A DNA stretch of 64,000 nucleotides from an uncultured Alphaproteobacteria bacterium (lineage in GTDB: Bacteria > Pseudomonadota > Alphaproteobacteria > RF32 > CAG-239). The stretch covers positions 54,926-118,925 of the forward strand of contig CALXZH010000027.1 of the NCBI GenBank assembly GCA_944393175.1, read 5' to 3'. Positions 1 to 9,060 of the stretch are shown here, piece by piece. Numbering within the stretch: position 1 is the first letter of the stretch; each line of letters opens with the position of its first letter. Under the pieces are notes generated by a model. It was not told the DNA's origin, did no database searches, and was given only the letters and a program-made list of their open reading frames with translations. The translations under genes and the position numbers were made by a program.

Positions 1-761
1 TCCATATACAAATCATCGTTATTATCCAATTCTTTAATTTTTTCAATGACTGCATCTAAATTTTCATAATCATTACAATTAATAAATGCTTTGGTATTAA
101 AATCTTCGGCTATACGCGGATTACCCCAATAGATGGGAATACTTTGTGCTTGAAACGGATGAATTAATTTTTCGGTAAAGTAACCCTCCGATTGCGAATT
201 TTCAAAAGCTATCGAAAACTTATAGTTCTTCATAAATTCTAATTTGCCGGCTTCCCAATTGCCAAACCGCGGTTCTATGGCATTTTTCATATTATTCAAT
301 ACTTTGCCCGGACAATCCACATGTTTGTACGCCATTAGCCGTTTTGCAAATTCTTCTCTTAAATGAGCCCCTTCTCCGCTGAAATTATTGCTGTATATAA
401 AATTGCAAAATTTTCGATTGAGTGCTTTGGTTCTATCATATGGGCGAGGTTGTTTCCAGGCCTCATCTATCAGCAAATACGGGAAAGGAAGTCGCAAATA
501 TCTATCCCCAAAACTTAAATAGTCAAAACCTATACCATAGTCGCATTCATTAAAATCCGGAACAATATTTTCACTTGTATAAAATATTTTAACGCAATGT
601 GCGTCTTTATATTGTTTGTGTTGGTAGCCATAATTCGAATAAAAAAGGAAGTCCGGCGTATCGGTTTCTTCTAATTCATATTGCTCCGAAAGCAAGTGAT
701 ATATTAAATTATCTTTAATATCTCCTAAGAAATCAACAAATTTTACTTTTAGTCTTTCCAT
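1..761 (-). CDS. Glycosyltransferase family 10 (alpha-1,3/4-fucosyltransferase-like); C-terminus runs off the left edge of the window
   Basis: Absent from the ORF track because its stop lies outside the window. My own reverse-strand translation from the ATG at 761-759 stays open to position 1: MERLKVKFVDFLGDIKDNLIYHLL...KFSIAFENSQSEGYFTEKLIHPFQAQSIPIYWGNPRIAEDFNTKAFINCNDY. The FENS..GY.TEK and IPIYWG blocks match the GT10 (Helicobacter FutA-type) signature as I recall it. Confidence 0.7.
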   Translation of the reverse strand, partial: MERLKVKFVDFLGDIKDNLIYHLLSEQYELEETDTPDFLFYSNYGYQHKQYKDAHCVKIFYTSENIVPDFNECDYGIGFDYLSFGDRYLRLPFPYLLIDEAWKQPRPYDRTKALNRKFCNFIYSNNFSGEGAHLREEFAKRLMAYKHVDCPGKVLNNMKNAIEPRFGNWEAGKLEFMKNYKFSIAFENSQSEGYFTEKLIHPFQAQSIPIYWGNPRIAEDFNTKAFINCNDYENLDAVIEKIKELDNNDDLYM

Positions 762-801
762 GGTAGTCTCGGTCGTTCTATTTAAATGAATTTGCTTGAG
801 T

Positions 802-1239
802 TTATGCGCTTTTCTTCCAATTTGCCAATATCCAAGAAGATGAATTTGCTTTATTTTCTCCGCCGACGCCAAATTCTAATTGGACATTTAATTCATTGCA
901 GACTGATGATTCAGGAATGTTATCTTTGGTACGGTCGCCTCCGTTGGCAAAGACCAAATCACTATCGTGATATTTGGCTCGAGCCTTACGAATCCCGTCG
1001 CAAGCCGAATTGTCCGAATCGTCAAATGATAAGACGTCTATTACACCTTTCAAATTTTCACAAATTACACGGCGTGTGTTATAATTCATAAAATTTTTGC
1101 CTTTTTTGCGGCACAACCATTCATCTGAATTCAGCAATAAAATCACGCCGTCACTTTTGGATGCAGAAGCTTTTATCATTTCGATGTGGCCTTCGTGTAT
1201 CGGGTCAAAACCACCGCTGACGATATAATATTTTTTCAT
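802..1239 (-). CDS. Cytidylyl/adenylyltransferase-family nucleotidyltransferase (RfaE domain II / TagD-like)
   Basis: N-terminal IVSGGFDPIHEGHIEMI carries the HxGH nucleotidyltransferase motif. Size is 145 aa. It lies next to a glycosyltransferase. Confidence 0.7.
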   Translation of the reverse strand: MKKYYIVSGGFDPIHEGHIEMIKASASKSDGVILLLNSDEWLCRKKGKNFMNYNTRRVICENLKGVIDVLSFDDSDNSACDGIRKARAKYHDSDLVFANGGDRTKDNIPESSVCNELNVQLEFGVGGENKANSSSWILANWKKSA

Positions 1240-1502
1240 TAGTCTTCCTTTCTTCTCACTTCAAATACCTACAATAGATTTGTAACACAATAACTTTTGA
1301 AAAGATTTGAACTTCCATGCATAAATAATCTTCAGAAGACTAATTATACTTTATCATAAAGCCGTTCAAAGCTTCGAATCTTTGGGGTAATAATCCCCTT
1401 GTGTCAGATACACTACTTAAAGAGTGCATGAAATGCAAGAATATTTTGCCCTAAACAATAAAATTGTGGATTAGCTTAATGTATCAATTAAAAATTGTTA
1501 TA

Positions 1503-3350
1503 CTAATAATTACTTTCCAATTTTTCTGATACGGATAACCAATTATTTTCTGCCTCTTGCAGCGATTGTTCAACCGCTGTAAGTCTTTTCTGCAGAGCTA
1601 TCAATTCATCCGTTGGCAACAGTGCTTGAAATTTCTTTTCTATTTCTACTTTTTCTAGTGAAAGTTGAGACATTTCCTTTTCCAGTTTGCGTATGGTCGA
1701 TTGGAGTTGTTTTTTCTCCTGCCAGCTTAATCCTTTGGCTACGGGGGCTTTTTCTTTAGCGTTTTTTTCCTCCTTGCATACTGCTTGTGATTTTAATAAC
1801 AAATGTTCTCGATAATCGGCTAAGTCCCCTAAATATTTTTTGCATTGTCCCTTTTCTACCAACCATAATTCATCTGCCGTTAATTCTAAAAAATGCATAT
1901 CATGCGTAATCAGAATCACGGCTCCAGAATAATCATTTAAGGCTTTTATCAGTGCTTCTCTGCCATCTATATCCAAATGATTGGTCGGTTCATCCAATAT
2001 CAGCAATTGCGGCGCATCATAGGTCATGGCGGCAAATAAAAGTCTTGCTTTTTCACCGCCGGAAAGCTTGGCTATTTGCGTTAAGGCTTTTTCTTTGTTC
2101 AGTCCAAAACCTGCCAAATGCGCTCTGATTTGCGTTTCGGTCTTATCGGGCATCAATGTTTGCATATATTCATAAGCACTTAAATCCAGCGGAAGTTCCG
2201 TATTTTGATGTTGCGCAAAATACCCTATTTTTAGCTTGGAGGAGACTTTTCTACTTCCCGAGAGCAAAGGCAGTCTTCCTGATATTACTTTTGCTAGCGT
2301 CGACTTACCGTTACCGTTTGCTCCCAACAGTGCAATTTTATCATTTTCCGCTAACTGAAAATTTAATTTTTTTAAGACTACCTTATCACCATATCCTGCC
2401 ACACCGTCTTCTATACTTAAAAAAGGCGACGGTAAAACGTTGACAGGCGGAAAACTAAATATGGTCGTCGGGTCGTTTTCAAGCAAGGTAACATCTTCTA
2501 ATTTTTCAAGCATTTTCATACGACTTTGCGCTTGTTTTGCCTTGCTGGCTTTATAGCGAAATCTATCTACAAAGGATTGTAAATGTTTGCGTTGAGCGGC
2601 TATTTTTTCTGCTTGCTTGGACAATATATCTTGTCTTAAGGCTCGCGTGCGTGAGAAATTATCATAATTTCCCGTATATAACACAAGCTTGCCGTGATCA
2701 AAATGTATAATATGCGTGCATATATTATTTAGTATTGAGGTATCATGGCTGATGAGAAGTAAAGTGCCTTTATAATGTTCCAGATGCTTTTCTAGCCAGA
2801 TAGATGCTTCCAAATCCAAGTGATTGGTCGGTTCATCGAGCAATAAAATGTCTGAGCGGCGGAACAGAGCGGCTGCTAAAGCAATGCGTCTTTGCCATCC
2901 TCCCGAAAATTCTCTTATTTCTTGTGACATTTCCGATTGCGAAAATCCCAATCCATACAAAATGCCGGCGGCACGTGCCGGTGCCGTATCTGCTTCGATT
3001 ATCTTTAATTGTTCGTGAATTTGAGCCATTTCATCGGGCGATGCCGTTTCTAGTTGCAATAACAGTTCAGCCCTTTCCTTATCTTGGCTTAAAACATAAT
3101 CTAATATCTTTTGCGATAAATCTTCAGGACTAAATTCCTGCTCTACAAAAACAAGCTGTTGGTGTGAAGAATAGCAGATTTCTCCGGTTTGGGTTTCTAT
3201 TTCTCCTCTTATGGCGCGATATAAAGTTGTTTTGCCACAGCCATTTGCGCCTACAAGCCCTACTTTCCAGCCATCTGAAATCTGGACAGAGGCATTTTCC
3301 AGCAAAAGCCTGTCACCTTGGCGAATTGTTATATTACTGATATTTATCAT
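1503..3350 (-). CDS. ABC-F family ATPase (two ABC cassettes, no TM domain, C-terminal coiled coil)
   Basis: Two Walker A motifs (GANGCGKTT, GANGNGKST), two ABC signatures (LSGGWQRRIALA, LSGGEKARLLFA) and a K/E-rich tail. Confidence 0.9.
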   Translation of the reverse strand: MINISNITIRQGDRLLLENASVQISDGWKVGLVGANGCGKTTLYRAIRGEIETQTGEICYSSHQQLVFVEQEFSPEDLSQKILDYVLSQDKERAELLLQLETASPDEMAQIHEQLKIIEADTAPARAAGILYGLGFSQSEMSQEIREFSGGWQRRIALAAALFRRSDILLLDEPTNHLDLEASIWLEKHLEHYKGTLLLISHDTSILNNICTHIIHFDHGKLVLYTGNYDNFSRTRALRQDILSKQAEKIAAQRKHLQSFVDRFRYKASKAKQAQSRMKMLEKLEDVTLLENDPTTIFSFPPVNVLPSPFLSIEDGVAGYGDKVVLKKLNFQLAENDKIALLGANGNGKSTLAKVISGRLPLLSGSRKVSSKLKIGYFAQHQNTELPLDLSAYEYMQTLMPDKTETQIRAHLAGFGLNKEKALTQIAKLSGGEKARLLFAAMTYDAPQLLILDEPTNHLDIDGREALIKALNDYSGAVILITHDMHFLELTADELWLVEKGQCKKYLGDLADYREHLLLKSQAVCKEEKNAKEKAPVAKGLSWQEKKQLQSTIRKLEKEMSQLSLEKVEIEKKFQALLPTDELIALQKRLTAVEQSLQEAENNWLSVSEKLESNY

Positions 3351-4125
3351 TTAGCTTTATTTTGTAATTTCCCTGACCATAGCGTATCAATGCATAAGTC
3401 GGATTTTCTCTTCTGTCCAAACTTAGTGAAAAATGTTTAGAATCGGCTTGTATCTTATCGTAGAAATAAAAGCGATACCCTCCGCATATATATTTTTTTG
3501 AAGTTTTATCTTCTTCTGCCGAACAAAAAGCCGTAACCGAACCTATCAACAAGTCATAATTGCCTTTAAGCGGAACGGCCTCCATACTCAAAATATAAAA
3601 AATTACTTTTCCGTTGTGTTGACCTATCACAATATCGTGGTACGGAAATTTATAACTTCGACTAAACTTCCATAATTGTTGCGTCGGTAAATTTGACCAC
3701 TCACTTCCTTGCCTATTATACGTATATCCTTGTGCATTTTGTTGCTGGCGTACATAGCCTACTAAGCTGTGATATGTATCGATTTTGTATAAAATGTCAT
3801 TAAACTTGACTTGGCAATCATTTCTATTTGTACAAGATTTGTTGTTGAATATGTCCGAAAACTCCATATTCGTGTCTTGATACAATCTATTTATACGACT
3901 ACTGAGATAAGTGTTGGAGATGTTATTATTCCAATCTGACATATAGGAGTCAAACTTCATATAGTTTAACTTGATGCATTTTAAGACATTGTCTATGTTG
4001 GGGCTAACGTCACAGTAAACAGGAGCCCCGTACGGACGAATCGAAACACCTAAGTATTTCTCGCTAAAGGATAAGCCAACGTAGCCTATCAATAAAATCA
4101 AAAATAAAATAACCAGCTTTTTCAT
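3334..4125 (-). CDS. Hypothetical secreted protein with an N-terminal signal or anchor
   Basis: 263-aa ORF starting MKKLVILFLILLIGYVGLSF. It sits 4 nt after the upstream exporter stop and overlaps the ABC-F start by 17 nt. I recognise no family. Confidence 0.5.
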   Translation of the reverse strand: MKKLVILFLILLIGYVGLSFSEKYLGVSIRPYGAPVYCDVSPNIDNVLKCIKLNYMKFDSYMSDWNNNISNTYLSSRINRLYQDTNMEFSDIFNNKSCTNRNDCQVKFNDILYKIDTYHSLVGYVRQQQNAQGYTYNRQGSEWSNLPTQQLWKFSRSYKFPYHDIVIGQHNGKVIFYILSMEAVPLKGNYDLLIGSVTAFCSAEEDKTSKKYICGGYRFYFYDKIQADSKHFSLSLDRRENPTYALIRYGQGNYKIKLNDKYQ

Positions 4126-4128
4126 CTC

Positions 4129-5904
4129 TTATTTCAACTGTGCTCGATAGAGTGAACGATAAATACTATCCTCTTTTGCCATAAGTTCTTCATGACTGCC
4201 CATTTCCACAATTTCACCATAGTTCACAACGACAATTTTATCGGCATTGCGTACCGTCGATAAACGGTGTGCAATAATAAATACCGTTCGGTCTGCCATT
4301 AAGTTGTCTATGGCTTGTTGAACAATTGCTTCTGACTTATTGTCCAATGCTGACGTCGCTTCGTCTAAAATTACTATCGGGGCATTTTTTAAGAAAGCGC
4401 GCGCTATTGCAATTCTTTGCTTTTGTCCGCCGGACAACAAGACCCCTCTTTCTCCGATTTCTGTATCCAGTCCTTTATCAAGAGAGGCTATAAATTCTTC
4501 CAAACAAGCTGCTTTTACGGCTTTGTTTACTTCTTCTTGGGTGGCATCTTCTTTGCCTAAGAGTATATTTTCACGAATCGTTCCCGCAAAAAGGAAGTTA
4601 TCTTGGAAAACTATTGCTATTTTATCACGCAGACTGTCTAGCTGCATATCTCGAATATCTACTCCGTCAATTTCAATTTTGCCTGATTTTACATCATAAA
4701 ATCTGGGCAATAAATTAACCATCGTCGTTTTACCGCCGCCGGAGTTGCCGACAAAAGCTATGGTTTGCCCAACATCTACTTTTAAATTAATGTGTTTTAA
4801 GACGGGTTTGTTGGGGACATATTCAAAACAAACATCTTTATATTCTATTGTGTTGCGTACGGCATTCAGCGGAACTGCATTTGCCTTATCATGAATTGCA
4901 GGTACGGCCTCCAAAAGCCCAAAGACCCTCTCCATGGCCATTAAGGACAGTTGAACACTGTTAAAATTGTTTCCTATACTCTTGATTGGGTTATAAAGCA
5001 TTATCAAAGCGGCTATGAAGGCTACAAAATTACCCGGTGTTATTTTTTGAGTTACAATTAAATAGCTTCCCAACCAAATAATTATCGCTACACCCAGCGA
5101 AACCACAAAGTGCATTAAAGGCGACATCATTCCTGTTCTTTGAATCATCTTTATGCCTAATTTAAAAACACTGTGCAAGGTGTTGCGAAATCTGTCTAAC
5201 TGATAGTTATATAAATTATATGATGTCACTATTCTATTACCGTTAAAGGTTTCATTATAGTGCGTCATAACCGCCGAGCCTGAAAATATCGTCTTATCCA
5301 TTAAACTTTTTATGCGGCGGCGAACCGTTGTTAAAGGATAAAGGGCTCCGAGCAATACTATAATGGCAACGATTGCCAGCTGCCATGAGTTATATATCAG
5401 GACACCTATCAAAGATAATGATGAAAATACACGGGTCGTAAATAACTTTAAGTTGCTGAGCAGCCCTGCGCAAGCCATATCCACATCATAGTTAAATCGA
5501 AACAGGATGTCCCCCGATGTCGACTTATCAAAGAAAGATGCATCATAGTGCATTAACTTTTCAAACAACGTAATCTTCAGACTCTGTGAGATTTTTTGTC
5601 CTACCCATGTGTTTAAATATGTGGCCGTGTAATTCAGCAGGCTTTGTACACTGCTAAACAAAATGATTAATATCGGGATGTAAGATGTTGATGCCGTGTT
5701 CTTTTCCATCATAACGACATCCATATACGGTTGCAACGCGCCGGCAATAACGGCATCCATCGCACCTATGGGAATTGTTATCAATACGCCTATCAGTGCC
5801 CTAACCCAATAAGGTTTTACATAGGGCAATATTTTGCAATAATTGCTAATTGTGTAAGTCGATTTTAATTTTTTTATAACTTTATTTGTAAGTTTTTTAA
5901 ACAT
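4129..5904 (-). CDS. ABC exporter, fused permease and ATPase (MsbA/lipid A export-like)
   Basis: Six-TM N-terminal half followed by GNSGGGKTT, LSGGQKQRIAIARA and ILDEATSALD. I prefer the ATG at 5904 (MFKKLTNKV...) over the track start at 5988. Confidence 0.85.
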   Translation of the reverse strand: MFKKLTNKVIKKLKSTYTISNYCKILPYVKPYWVRALIGVLITIPIGAMDAVIAGALQPYMDVVMMEKNTASTSYIPILIILFSSVQSLLNYTATYLNTWVGQKISQSLKITLFEKLMHYDASFFDKSTSGDILFRFNYDVDMACAGLLSNLKLFTTRVFSSLSLIGVLIYNSWQLAIVAIIVLLGALYPLTTVRRRIKSLMDKTIFSGSAVMTHYNETFNGNRIVTSYNLYNYQLDRFRNTLHSVFKLGIKMIQRTGMMSPLMHFVVSLGVAIIIWLGSYLIVTQKITPGNFVAFIAALIMLYNPIKSIGNNFNSVQLSLMAMERVFGLLEAVPAIHDKANAVPLNAVRNTIEYKDVCFEYVPNKPVLKHINLKVDVGQTIAFVGNSGGGKTTMVNLLPRFYDVKSGKIEIDGVDIRDMQLDSLRDKIAIVFQDNFLFAGTIRENILLGKEDATQEEVNKAVKAACLEEFIASLDKGLDTEIGERGVLLSGGQKQRIAIARAFLKNAPIVILDEATSALDNKSEAIVQQAIDNLMADRTVFIIAHRLSTVRNADKIVVVNYGEIVEMGSHEELMAKEDSIYRSLYRAQLK

Positions 5905-6129
5905 AGTTATCCTGTTTTGTATTTTGTAGTTATGCTTAACATAGTATATTATTGTTTGTCTTGGCAAGTAGAAAACATCAGATATCAATTATTAATTGCT
6001 TTTAGAAATGAACTTTGGGCTTTATCTTCTTGTTTTTTTAAATTATAGTGCTCGCATCAAAGAAAGTAAAAACTTTGACTTTTTATGTTTCTTTGGTGAG
6101 ATGTATCATTTTCACTTTAGAGGATAATA

Positions 6130-7203
6130 ATGAAAATTCTAGTAGGTATGAGCGGCGGGGTTGATTCTTCCGTCGCAGCTCAATTGCTCAAAGAACAAGG
6201 AAACGAGGTTATCGGGGCAACAATGTCAATTTGGGACAAAAATCAACATTTTGCCAACTTAACCGGAAAAGGTTGCTTTTCGCCGCATGAAGAACAAGAT
6301 GTTCAAGCTGCAAAAAAAGTATGTGAAAAATTAAATATACCCTATTATGTCGTTGATTGTACGGAACAATATAAAAAAATTGTGTTATCTAATTTTCGCT
6401 CAGAGTATTTATCGGGAAGGACGCCTAATCCTTGTGTTTTATGCAATGCAACAATCAAATTTGAGGCTCTCCCCTTAGCGGCTCGCGCTTTGGGAATTGA
6501 ATTTGATAAATTTGCAACGGGACATTATGCAAAAGTTGCTTTTAATCCGCAAAACGGGCGTTATCAACTCTTCTCGGGCAAAGATACAAAAAAAGACCAA
6601 GCCTATTTTTTATATCGCTTATCTCAAGAACAATTGGCAAAAATTGTTATGCCTTTAGGCGATTTTACAAAAATCGAAATCAGAGAAAAAGCGCAAAAAG
6701 CCGGATTGGAAGTTTGCAACAAACCGGACAGTCAAGATTTTTATACCGGCGATATTAACGATATTATTCAAGCGCCACTTAAAAAGGGAAATTTCGTAAA
6801 CAAAGACGGCAAAATTTTAGGCCAACACAACGGTTTTTGGAAATTTACAATCGGACAACGCAGAGGGCTCGGCATTTCTGCAGAAAAGCCTCTTTATGTT
6901 ATCGATCTTATTCCTGAAAAAAATGAGGTTGTTCTTGGCTTTGATGATGAAACTTTACAAAACGGCGTTATTGCCGATGCTTTTAATTGGGTATCGGTAG
7001 AGCCGCCTCTTAGTCCATTTACTTGTCAGGCTAAAGTTCGTTCCTCTCAAAGGCCGGTTACTGTTTGCGTTACTCCTTTGAATGATAACAGTGCAAAAGT
7101 TGAATTTGATGTTGCGCAAAAGGCGCTAACCCCCGGACAGTCCGTTGTTTTATATGATGATGCGCTTGTCTTGGGCGGCGGTTTTATTCAATCCGTATTT
7201 TAG
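6130..7203 (+). CDS. mnmA: tRNA 2-thiouridine(34) synthase
   Basis: MKILVGMSGGVDSSVAA PP-loop, the conserved PNPCVLCN block, and a typical 357-aa length. Confidence 0.95.
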   Translation: MKILVGMSGGVDSSVAAQLLKEQGNEVIGATMSIWDKNQHFANLTGKGCFSPHEEQDVQAAKKVCEKLNIPYYVVDCTEQYKKIVLSNFRSEYLSGRTPNPCVLCNATIKFEALPLAARALGIEFDKFATGHYAKVAFNPQNGRYQLFSGKDTKKDQAYFLYRLSQEQLAKIVMPLGDFTKIEIREKAQKAGLEVCNKPDSQDFYTGDINDIIQAPLKKGNFVNKDGKILGQHNGFWKFTIGQRRGLGISAEKPLYVIDLIPEKNEVVLGFDDETLQNGVIADAFNWVSVEPPLSPFTCQAKVRSSQRPVTVCVTPLNDNSAKVEFDVAQKALTPGQSVVLYDDALVLGGGFIQSVF

Positions 7204-7235
7204 AAAAAAGCCCGCATCTTAGCGGGCTTTTTTTT
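7204..7235. terminator. Bidirectional intrinsic terminator between convergent mnmA and the ParB-like gene
   Basis: An A-run, the hairpin GCCCGC-atctta-GCGGGC (7210-7227), then a T-run (7228-7235). Confidence 0.75.
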
Positions 7236-7748
7236 CTAGACTTCCCAACTTCTGGAAAACTCTTCATCCTTAAAGAGTGATGCCAAGCCGGTTATTTGTT
7301 TGAGCCTTAAAACCTCATCGGCGGACATGCCGATGTTTTTACATATCCATGCGTCACTTTTGCCCATTTCAAGCAATTCTGCCACTATATTGCTCATTAA
7401 ATCAACATTATGTGATCCTCTGGCGCGGTTATGTCTGATGGTGGAAGCCATTCTATCCCCTAGGGGTTTGTCAATTACGACGACCGGCATCAGCCCTTTT
7501 TCGCGCTCATAAATCCGTTTGCTGGTTAGCATGGTGGTATAGCGGTGAAAACCATCTACAACTATATATTGATCTTTTTCTTTATCATGGTAACAAACAA
7601 TCGGTTGCGTAAAGCCATCTTCCCAAATCGAAATCTCCAAAAGTTTCATTTCGGGCGGGGCTACGCGATTGGGGTTATAGTCATTGGCTTTTATTTTTTC
7701 TACCGGTATTGCTTGAACGTTATAAACCGGACTTTTGAAATCACTCAT
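7236..7748 (-). CDS. ParB/sulfiredoxin-fold protein, IbrB-like
   Basis: Motifs KANDYNPNRV and YIVVDGFHRY (DGxHR box). I prefer the ATG at 7748 (MSDFKSPVY), which follows an AAGGA SD and lies 10 nt after the upstream stop. The track start at 7850 would overlap the upstream gene by 92 nt. Confidence 0.8.
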   Translation of the reverse strand: MSDFKSPVYNVQAIPVEKIKANDYNPNRVAPPEMKLLEISIWEDGFTQPIVCYHDKEKDQYIVVDGFHRYTTMLTSKRIYEREKGLMPVVVIDKPLGDRMASTIRHNRARGSHNVDLMSNIVAELLEMGKSDAWICKNIGMSADEVLRLKQITGLASLFKDEEFSRSWEV

Positions 7749-7758
7749 TTGTTTTTCC

Positions 7759-9060
7759 TTATAAATTTCTGTATTTTTCCAACAATTCTCGTTCTCTTTC
7801 CGCTTGGCGCTTGGTTTGGGTAAAGCCCATATATTTACACAAGTGGTCATTTTTTAAGATACACACTGCCATTCGTTTCCATGAAGGTATATCTATGGTG
7901 GATTTAATGTCATCCGTATTATCCGGCGTGCCTAAAAAACGAATTTTATCACGGCTTTTGTTATAACCGCTCGGCCCGTTATGCTTTATCGGATAGTTAC
8001 ACTCTTCCAATTCTTTTAAGGCTGCTTCGTTTACAACTCCTCCCGTCTTCCACCAAAACTTTATGGATGTTTTGAACTTGGCTATATAGTTTTGCCGCAT
8101 ATTTTCAGGCAGTGTGGCCAGCAGAAATTTTACGTAAGAACGCCATGTATGACCGGGAGGAAGCGTAAATTTTCTGGCTCCAAGCGCCTTAGTATTGCCG
8201 TAAATGGCTCCGAAATTTGCGCCTTGAACTCTTCCGACTACTCTTATCCAGGTATCGGGCTCCAAAACGCGATACAAATTCAGGCTGTCTTTGGCACTTT
8301 CGTGATATGGGCTGGCAACCCTCATTTGATTGATGGACAGACCCGCTTTATAAAACAAGTCATATATGTGATTATAGTCAAAGCCAAATTTGCCGTTGGC
8401 TATCCAGACATCTTTCGTGGTCCAATCATATAACGGATAAGCGTGATATAAGTTGTCTCCCATTTTTGTGGTCCACTTGCCGTTACCTAAACTTATTTTT
8501 TTATCATTGGCGTAGGCACGGTATCGATTAAGCGACTCGTCGGCCCTGATACCCAATAAACAAACCGTTGTTCCTTTATGGGTTCTGGCATACCAATGGC
8601 TAAATTCGGCATAAAAATCTTCTTGCGGCATTTTATATTTGTAAAAATCAAAATGATGATTTTGCAAATTTATTATGTAATCTTGCTTGGGCATCGGACG
8701 AACCCAGGCGCTTTCCATATCCGGATCCCATGTATACCAATACATTTGATAATTACTTACCGCGCAACGAGAGGCCTGCGGAATACAAACCCAATAGGGT
8801 TCTATATCATGAATATTGTTTTCAAACATACGGGTTACAAAATCCGTCGTGGTTTGATATTGAGCCTCAAAATCTTGATGAAATACCCCTATTTTCTTCT
8901 CAATATTATGGCGGCGCTTATAGTCCAAAACTAAATTTAACAATAACCCGCTGTCTTTACCGCCCGAAAAAGAAACATAGATATTATCAAAATTTTCAAA
9001 TATATATTGCAGGCGATTTTGCAGTGCATCATAAACGTTTATATCTAAATATTTTTTCAA
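7759..9060 (-). CDS. PP-loop ATP pyrophosphatase of the PAPS-reductase family with a DUF3440-type C-terminal extension (IbrA-like)
   Basis: SFSGGKDS PP-loop, verified at nt 8950-8973. Also LLGIRADESLNR and a C-terminal WKRMAVCILKNDHLCKYMGF block. Its start overlaps the upstream gene's stop as ATGA. Confidence 0.85.
   Translation of the reverse strand: MKKYLDINVYDALQNRLQYIFENFDNIYVSFSGGKDSGLLLNLVLDYKRRHNIEKKIGVFHQDFEAQYQTTTDFVTRMFENNIHDIEPYWVCIPQASRCAVSNYQMYWYTWDPDMESAWVRPMPKQDYIINLQNHHFDFYKYKMPQEDFYAEFSHWYARTHKGTTVCLLGIRADESLNRYRAYANDKKISLGNGKWTTKMGDNLYHAYPLYDWTTKDVWIANGKFGFDYNHIYDLFYKAGLSINQMRVASPYHESAKDSLNLYRVLEPDTWIRVVGRVQGANFGAIYGNTKALGARKFTLPPGHTWRSYVKFLLATLPENMRQNYIAKFKTSIKFWWKTGGVVNEAALKELEECNYPIKHNGPSGYNKSRDKIRFLGTPDNTDDIKSTIDIPSWKRMAVCILKNDHLCKYMGFTQTKRQAERERELLEKYRNL

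Noticed and set aside
786-1091. 101-aa plus-strand ORF
   Set aside because: It lies entirely antisense to the well-supported cytidylyltransferase gene (802-1239), has low-complexity and odd composition, and has no SD.
2156-3133. Several 64-109-aa plus-strand ORFs inside the ABC-F gene
   Set aside because: They are shadow ORFs antisense to a gene with unambiguous ABC motifs.
5905-5988. N-terminal extension of the MsbA-like ORF (MISDVFYLPRQ...)
   Set aside because: The internal ATG at 5904 gives a normal exporter N terminus (MFKKLTNKV). The extension runs into promoter-like AT-rich sequence.
7749-7850. Long start for the ParB-like gene, overlapping the IbrA-like gene by 92 nt
   Set aside because: The ATG at 7748 has an SD and a 10-nt spacing from the upstream stop. 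The extension is translated from the 3' end of the neighbouring gene in another frame.
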